From: Bdellovibrio sp. | GTDB taxonomy: Bacteria > Bdellovibrionota > Bdellovibrionia > Bdellovibrionales > Bdellovibrionaceae | Direction: 5' to 3' | DNA length: 64,000 nucleotides | Assembly (NCBI GenBank): GCA_036677065.1 | Contig: JAKFBS010000002.1 | Span: 32,001 to 96,000, forward strand | Part shown: piece after piece, positions 58,654-64,000 of the stretch | Layout: the number at the start of each line of letters is the position of its first letter | How positions within the stretch are numbered: the stretch's first letter is position 1 | Position numbers and translations under genes: made by a program | The notes under the pieces: model-generated | Database searches by the model: none | Told to the model about the DNA's origin: nothing | The model's input: only the letters and a program-made list of their open reading frames with translations

Positions 58654-59814
58654 ATGAATTTTTATCCTCTAGCATCTACAACTTGGGATCAGGCTGAACT
58701 TGATGCCATTCAAAGCGTAATTTCTAAAGGTATGTACAGCATGAGCACATCTGTAGCTCAATGTGAAAAAGATTTCGCAGCCTACGCTAAATCAAAATAT
58801 TGCGTCATGGTAAGCTCTGGTTCAACAGCCAATCTAATTATGGTGGCCTCTTTATTTTACCGTAAAAATAATCCATTAAAACGCGGTGATGAAGTTATCG
58901 TGCCAGCAGTGTCTTGGAGCACGACATATTATCCATTATATCAGTACGGCTTAAAATTAAAATTCGTAGACATCGATCTAGAGACTTTAAACTTTGATCT
59001 TAAGGCCTTAGAAGGCGCGATCACTGATAAAACTCGTTTGATCATGGCGGTTAATCTTTTAGGAAATCCAAATGATTTCGCTCAGATCGAAAAATTAACT
59101 CAAGGTAAAAACATAGAATTAATCGAAGACAACTGCGAATCAATGGGCGCAACGTTCAATGGTAAGCAGGCGGGTACTTTCGGTTCGATGGGAACATTCA
59201 GTTGTTTCTTTAGTCACCATATCTCGACGATGGAAGGTGGCTTTGTGGTTACTGACGATGAAGAGCTTTACCATATTTTATTATGCTTGCGTGCGCATGG
59301 CTGGACTCGCAACTTACCTAAAGAAAATCATGTTACCGGCACAAAGAGTGATAATGCATTTGTTGAATCATTTAAGTTTGTCTTGCCTGGGTACAATGTT
59401 CGCCCATTAGAGATGAGCGGCGCCATCGGTAGCCAGCAAATTAAAAAATTGCCTAATTTTATTAATATTCGTCGCGATAATGCCAAGTATTTTCAAGAGC
59501 AGTTTGCTAATCACCCAGACTTTATTATTCAAAAAGAAGTCGGCGAAAGTAGCTGGTTTGGTTTTAGTTTTGTTATTCGTCCAGGCTCAAAAATTAACCG
59601 TCTTGAATTTATCGATCATTTAACTAAAAATGGTGTTGAGTGTCGTCCAATCGTGACTGGCAACTTTGCTAAAAATGATGTCTTAAAATGGTTTGATTAT
59701 GAAATTCATGGCGAGTTAAAAAATGCTGATCGTATTGATGAGCATGGGTTCTTCGTTGGAAATCATCAAAATCCAATGCGCGAGCAAATTAAACAGCTTA
59801 GAAACTTGTTTTAA
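58654..59814 (+). CDS. colD: GDP-4-keto-6-deoxymannose 3-dehydratase (ColD-like, PLP-dependent)
   Basis: YPLASTTWD, SGSTANL, EDNCE, FFSHHISTMEGG (His in place of the PLP Lys), RAHGW and LPGYN.RP. Confidence 0.82.
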   Translation: MNFYPLASTTWDQAELDAIQSVISKGMYSMSTSVAQCEKDFAAYAKSKYCVMVSSGSTANLIMVASLFYRKNNPLKRGDEVIVPAVSWSTTYYPLYQYGLKLKFVDIDLETLNFDLKALEGAITDKTRLIMAVNLLGNPNDFAQIEKLTQGKNIELIEDNCESMGATFNGKQAGTFGSMGTFSCFFSHHISTMEGGFVVTDDEELYHILLCLRAHGWTRNLPKENHVTGTKSDNAFVESFKFVLPGYNVRPLEMSGAIGSQQIKKLPNFINIRRDNAKYFQEQFANHPDFIIQKEVGESSWFGFSFVIRPGSKINRLEFIDHLTKNGVECRPIVTGNFAKNDVLKWFDYEIHGELKNADRIDEHGFFVGNHQNPMREQIKQLRNLF

Positions 59815-60800
59815 TGAAAATACTTTTTGTCGATCTTAAGTATGACTATGGTAACCCTAAACGTGGGATGAACCTTATTGGTGAGATTGGCTATCATCAA
59901 GTTTTTAAATCTTTAGGTCATGAAGTAGTGCCTTTTTACTACGACGAGTACTTAGGTCAGGCGCATTTGAAAGCGAACCTACAAACAGATTTATTAGCAT
60001 TTGCTGAAGAGCAAAAGCCAGATCTTGTGTATTTTATTTTATTTCAAGATCAGTTTGAATTTTCGACTTTAAAAAAACTTAAAGAAAAATACACCACAAT
60101 GAATTGGTTCGGTGATGACCAATGGCGCTTCGAAATTTTTACTAAAAAATATGCTCCGTATTTTACTTTAAATATCACGACTGATTATTTTGCACTTCCT
60201 AAATACAAAGCTTTGGGGTTGCCCGTAGTCTATAGTCAATGGGCGGCATTTAACTATCCTGTCGAGTACTCAGATCTTGTCGATTATAAATATGATGTCA
60301 GCTTTATTGGGGCCAACAATTCTGTGCGCACCTGGATGATTGCTGAATTTAAAAAAGCCGGAATCAATGTAAATTGTTTTGGCTTTAATTGGCCACAAGG
60401 TTCAGTAAGTCTTGATCAGATGGTTGAAATTTTTAAAACCAGTAAAGTGAATCTGAATTTATCTAATAGCATGACCTATGATTTACGCTATTTAACTCAT
60501 AGCTGGAAAAACCCACTGATCGCTCTTCGCAGTCCAAAAACTGCAAGTCAAATGAAAGCTCGTAATTTTGAAATTCCTTATTATGGTGGATTTCAACTGA
60601 CTGACTACGTGCCAACGTTAGAACATTATTTTCATATTGGTGAAGAAGCTATTTGTTATTCGACTTTAAAAGAAGCGATTGATTTAACAAAGTTTTACCT
60701 GCAAAACGACGACTTGCGCGAGGCCGTTCGTAAGAAAAGCCATCTTCGTGCCGTCAATGAGCATACATATCGGCATAGACATGAAAAAATTCTTAAGTAA
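59814..60800 (+). CDS. CgeB-like glycosyltransferase
   Basis: NWFGDDQW, YDVSFIG, KARNFEIP..GGFQL and EHTY..R. Confidence 0.78.
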   Translation: MKILFVDLKYDYGNPKRGMNLIGEIGYHQVFKSLGHEVVPFYYDEYLGQAHLKANLQTDLLAFAEEQKPDLVYFILFQDQFEFSTLKKLKEKYTTMNWFGDDQWRFEIFTKKYAPYFTLNITTDYFALPKYKALGLPVVYSQWAAFNYPVEYSDLVDYKYDVSFIGANNSVRTWMIAEFKKAGINVNCFGFNWPQGSVSLDQMVEIFKTSKVNLNLSNSMTYDLRYLTHSWKNPLIALRSPKTASQMKARNFEIPYYGGFQLTDYVPTLEHYFHIGEEAICYSTLKEAIDLTKFYLQNDDLREAVRKKSHLRAVNEHTYRHRHEKILK

Positions 60801-62229
60801 AAATTCAGATTTTATCGTTTTATCGCTGGGGCGCCTGTTGCAAGCAGTGGGCGCGGTTATCAGCATTAGATTTATGACTGAAGTTTTACCGCCGGAGCAG
60901 ATTGGTCTGCAGTACGTGATTTATGCGGCGATTTTATGGTTTAGCTTGGTGCTGGTTAACCCATTCGGCATGTTTATTAATCGCTATCTTTATGAATGGA
61001 AAGAAAAAGGTGAATTAGTCACCCACTTAAAAAGAATAAATTTTTATTTTTTAGCCGTAGCCAGCTTAAGTGCGCTTCTTTTTATGTTGAATCGCCAGTT
61101 TTCGGTATTAACTATTAATGCCGAAATTCAGAGTTTGAATTTTATAGCCTATGCGTTTGTATATCTATATTTAAGTACTTGGTATCAGACGCTGACTTCG
61201 TTTTTTAATATTTTCAAAATGCAAAAAGTTTTTGTTTTTTTGACGAATTTATCTCAATACCTGGGTTTGTTAATCGCCGTTTCGTTAGTAACTACTGTCG
61301 CGGCTTCGGCTCATATGTGGTTGTATGGATTGCTTTCTGGGCAAATTCTATCGCTTTGTTTGGGTCTTTATTTGTTTAATAAGTACGTCATTAAAGCTTT
61401 GCCAGCACGTGATACAGTTATTGAGGTTAAAAGTATTTTTAATCATAAAACATTTCAGTTTTGTTATCCGGTGGCGATTACCACATTTTCGATTTGGTTT
61501 TTAGCTCAGGGGTATCGTTTTATTATTGAAGCCTTTGGTGGACTTAGCTTATTAGCTTCGTTAGGTATCGGGCTTGGTTTAGCGCTAAACTGCGCCGGGG
61601 TTGTAGAGGCTATTGTCAGTCAATTTTTATACCCGACTTACTATTCTAGTTTAAAGGTGGATGATCCGCAGTCGGGTCGTCAGGCATGGCTTGAGTTATG
61701 GCAGAAAAGTACAAGTGTTTATATTCCGTTGATCTTTTTTTGTGTCGGGAATGTTTTTTTAATACTTAGAATTTTAGTTTCTGAAAGCTTCTTATCTATT
61801 GAAAATTTCGTGATTTTTGGTTTTTGCGTGGAGTTGCTGCGATTGATGTCTAATGTGCTTTACATATCTTTGCATGGCGAATTAAAAACAAAAATGAGTA
61901 TTCTGCCTTATGGAGCTGCGGCTATATTTTTACTGATTAGTTTGCAGTTAAGTCATCGTTTTTCATATTTTTCGGTTCAGGCGGTATTAGGGCTTTTAAT
62001 TATGGCGCAGGGGTTGGTGCTGTTTTTAATGTTTAGAAATGCAGTTAAGACTTTGCAATATAAAATTCCACTGAGCCCGTTGTTTAGTCTTGTGGTTAAA
62101 TCTTTACCGCTACTTGCAGCTGTTTTTGTTTTTCACCAGACGACACCGCTTTGGATGTTGCTCGCGTATGCGTGTGCGTCTGGCGCGTATCTTTTATTTT
62201 TACTGCGACGTTTTAATAACTTGTTCTAG
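60781..62229 (+). CDS. wzx: Wzx-like polysaccharide flippase
   Basis: About 12-14 TM segments, N-terminal R...L.PEQIG pattern, locus context. Confidence 0.7.
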   Translation: MKKFLSKNSDFIVLSLGRLLQAVGAVISIRFMTEVLPPEQIGLQYVIYAAILWFSLVLVNPFGMFINRYLYEWKEKGELVTHLKRINFYFLAVASLSALLFMLNRQFSVLTINAEIQSLNFIAYAFVYLYLSTWYQTLTSFFNIFKMQKVFVFLTNLSQYLGLLIAVSLVTTVAASAHMWLYGLLSGQILSLCLGLYLFNKYVIKALPARDTVIEVKSIFNHKTFQFCYPVAITTFSIWFLAQGYRFIIEAFGGLSLLASLGIGLGLALNCAGVVEAIVSQFLYPTYYSSLKVDDPQSGRQAWLELWQKSTSVYIPLIFFCVGNVFLILRILVSESFLSIENFVIFGFCVELLRLMSNVLYISLHGELKTKMSILPYGAAAIFLLISLQLSHRFSYFSVQAVLGLLIMAQGLVLFLMFRNAVKTLQYKIPLSPLFSLVVKSLPLLAAVFVFHQTTPLWMLLAYACASGAYLLFLLRRFNNLF

Positions 62230-63534
62230 TTGTTCTAGCATGTAATTCATTTTTTGTTCGTTTAAGGCTGGGTGTACGCCAATCCAAAAAAGTTTATTCA
62301 TGACTAAATTCGTAGTATCAAGATCGCCATGTACTCGATAATTTACGTTCTTGTAAGCCGGTTGTTTAATTAGGTTTCCGGCAAAAAACAAACGTGTGCC
62401 GATTTTAGCATTTTCAAGATTTGAAACAACTTTTTCGCGATTTAAATTTTCCATACAATACATCGGAAATCCAAACCAGCTTGGGTTGGTGTTTTCTGTC
62501 GCTACCACGGGATTAAAATGTTTCGCAAGAATAGGTGATTGTTTAATGCCATTATAAAGGTATTGCCAGTTAGCACGGCGTTTTTCAATAAAGCCATCTA
62601 CTTTTTTAAGCTGTGAAATACCAAGGGCTGCTTGCATATCTGTAACTTTTAAATTGTAGCCAACGTGTGAATAAATGTATTTATGATCGTAACCTTCAGG
62701 TAAATCACCTAATTTTTGGCAAAAGCGCTTACCACATGTATTGTCTTTTCCAGGTTCGCACCAGCAGTCGCGGCCCCAGTCACGGTAACTTTCGGCGATT
62801 TTTTTAAGACGGCCTTCTTTTGAAATAACTGCGCCACCTTCGCCCATAGTGATGTGATGGGCTGGGTAAAAGCTAGTTGTCGCGTATTCGCCAAAGCTGC
62901 CAACAGATTGATTGTTGATGGTGGCGCCTAAGGCATCACAGCAGTCTTCAATTAAAAATAAATTTTCTTTTTTGCACCATTCAGCGATTAAGTCTGCGCG
63001 GTAAGGGTTTCCTAAACTGTGTGCTAGCACAACAGCTCTGGTTTTTGCTGTTTTCGCAGCAAAAATTTTCTCAGGAAGTGCGTTTAAAGTTGCAGCGTCA
63101 ATATCAACAAAAACTGGAATCCAGCCATTTTGCACAATGGGATTTACCGTGGTCGGAAATCCCGCAGCAACTGTAATCACTTCGTCGCCTGGTTTTAGAG
63201 GTGTAAGACCCATTTTAAGTAAATCAGGAGAACCCAAAGAAGAAATCGCCACTAAATTAGCACTTGAACCACTGTTTACTAAAAGTGATTTAGTAGTGCG
63301 CCCGAACAATTTGCTAAAGTTTGATTCAAATTCTCTAGCATAGCGTCCTGCTGTTAACCACATGTCTAAAGAGGCATCGATAAGGTGTCCTAAATCATCA
63401 GCATCAACAACTTTGGCTGTGACAGGGATATAGGTTTTGCCTGGGATAAATTCAGCTGGTGTATTGGTCGCATTAAAGTAAGATTTCGCTGAGTTAATAA
63501 TTTCTAAACGCTGGTTGTTATTTTCAAGATTCAT
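62200..63534 (-). CDS. rfbH: CDP-4-keto-6-deoxyglucose 3-dehydrase (RfbH/DdhC)
   Basis: FPTTVNP, EDCCDALG, SFYPAHHITMGEGG, the [2Fe-2S] motif GRDCWC.PG.DNTC, and YDHKY. Confidence 0.92.
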   Translation of the reverse strand: MNLENNNQRLEIINSAKSYFNATNTPAEFIPGKTYIPVTAKVVDADDLGHLIDASLDMWLTAGRYAREFESNFSKLFGRTTKSLLVNSGSSANLVAISSLGSPDLLKMGLTPLKPGDEVITVAAGFPTTVNPIVQNGWIPVFVDIDAATLNALPEKIFAAKTAKTRAVVLAHSLGNPYRADLIAEWCKKENLFLIEDCCDALGATINNQSVGSFGEYATTSFYPAHHITMGEGGAVISKEGRLKKIAESYRDWGRDCWCEPGKDNTCGKRFCQKLGDLPEGYDHKYIYSHVGYNLKVTDMQAALGISQLKKVDGFIEKRRANWQYLYNGIKQSPILAKHFNPVVATENTNPSWFGFPMYCMENLNREKVVSNLENAKIGTRLFFAGNLIKQPAYKNVNYRVHGDLDTTNLVMNKLFWIGVHPALNEQKMNYMLEQLEQVIKTSQ

Positions 63535-63586
63535 TGTTTGCCTCTCTTAATTTGCATATACTTAATGGTTACTGGGAGATAGTCAA

Positions 63587-64000
63587 ATGAAAGTAGTTTT
63601 GTTAGCCGGCGGATTAGGAACTAGAATTAGCGAAGAAAGTCATCTGCGTCCAAAGCCTATGATTGAAATCGGTGGTAAGCCTATTTTGTGGCATATTATG
63701 AAAACTTATTCGCACTACGGATTAAATGATTTCATTATTTGTTGTGGCTATAAGGGCTATGTTATCAAAGAATATTTTGCGAATTATTTTATGCATTTAT
63801 CTGATGTTACCTTTGATTTAAAAAATAATAAAATGAAGGTTCACAATAGCACTTCAGAACCTTGGAATGTGACACTTGTCGACACTGGAGAAAACACGAT
63901 GACTGGTGGTCGTCTTAAACGTGTCAAGGAGTACATCGGCAATGAGCCTTTTTGTTTAACCTATGGTGATGGTGTAGCTGATATTGATATCAGTAAGCTA
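63587..64000 (+). CDS. rfbF: Glucose-1-phosphate cytidylyltransferase, 3'-truncated by the window edge; absent from the ORF track
   Basis: My translation: [39 protein letters not shown]...[15 protein letters not shown]...LTYGDGV. SD GGAG. Confidence 0.93.
   Translation, partial: MKVVLLAGGLGTRISEESHLRPKPMIEIGGKPILWHIMKTYSHYGLNDFIICCGYKGYVIKEYFANYFMHLSDVTFDLKNNKMKVHNSTSEPWNVTLVDTGENTMTGGRLKRVKEYIGNEPFCLTYGDGVADIDISKL

Noticed and set aside
1..64000. CRISPR array, rRNA or tRNA genes
   Set aside because: No regularly spaced repeats or RNA-gene signatures were seen in the short intergenic regions.

Overview
An AT-rich bacterial chromosome segment. Gene content and order suggest Bdellovibrionota (inference only). 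In order, it carries: a System II cytochrome c maturation pair (ResB/CcsA); an alternative complex III operon (actABCDEF); thrS-infC; a ~7.6 kb block of eight minus-strand genes for exported proteins that splits infC from rpmI-rplT; a mevalonate operon ending in a polyprenol-phosphate glycosyltransferase; rsmG and a TrmH-family methylase; pheS-pheT-ihfA-MerR; a DEAD-box helicase; several exported proteins; manC-pstCAB; and a surface-polysaccharide locus (wcaJ, galU, gmhA, wecB, pgi, gmd, colitose genes, wzx, rfbH, partial rfbF). Four observations stand out. (1) An apparently exported polyphosphate/phosphotransfer module at 15631-21498 encodes signal-peptide-bearing CHAD, VTC-like, Fam20/Four-jointed-like kinase and PTP-like proteins, three of which share a post-signal CxxLF motif. 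(2) An unannotated leaderless peptide, MLFITTTTTF, lies upstream of thrS. (3) About ten genes have sigma70-type promoters only 6-9 nt before the start codon, suggesting widespread leaderless mRNA. (4) Two separate 3,6-dideoxyhexose pathways sit side by side. I recognised no rRNA, tRNA, CRISPR array, integrase or transposase. All family calls come from reading motifs by eye; no searches were run.
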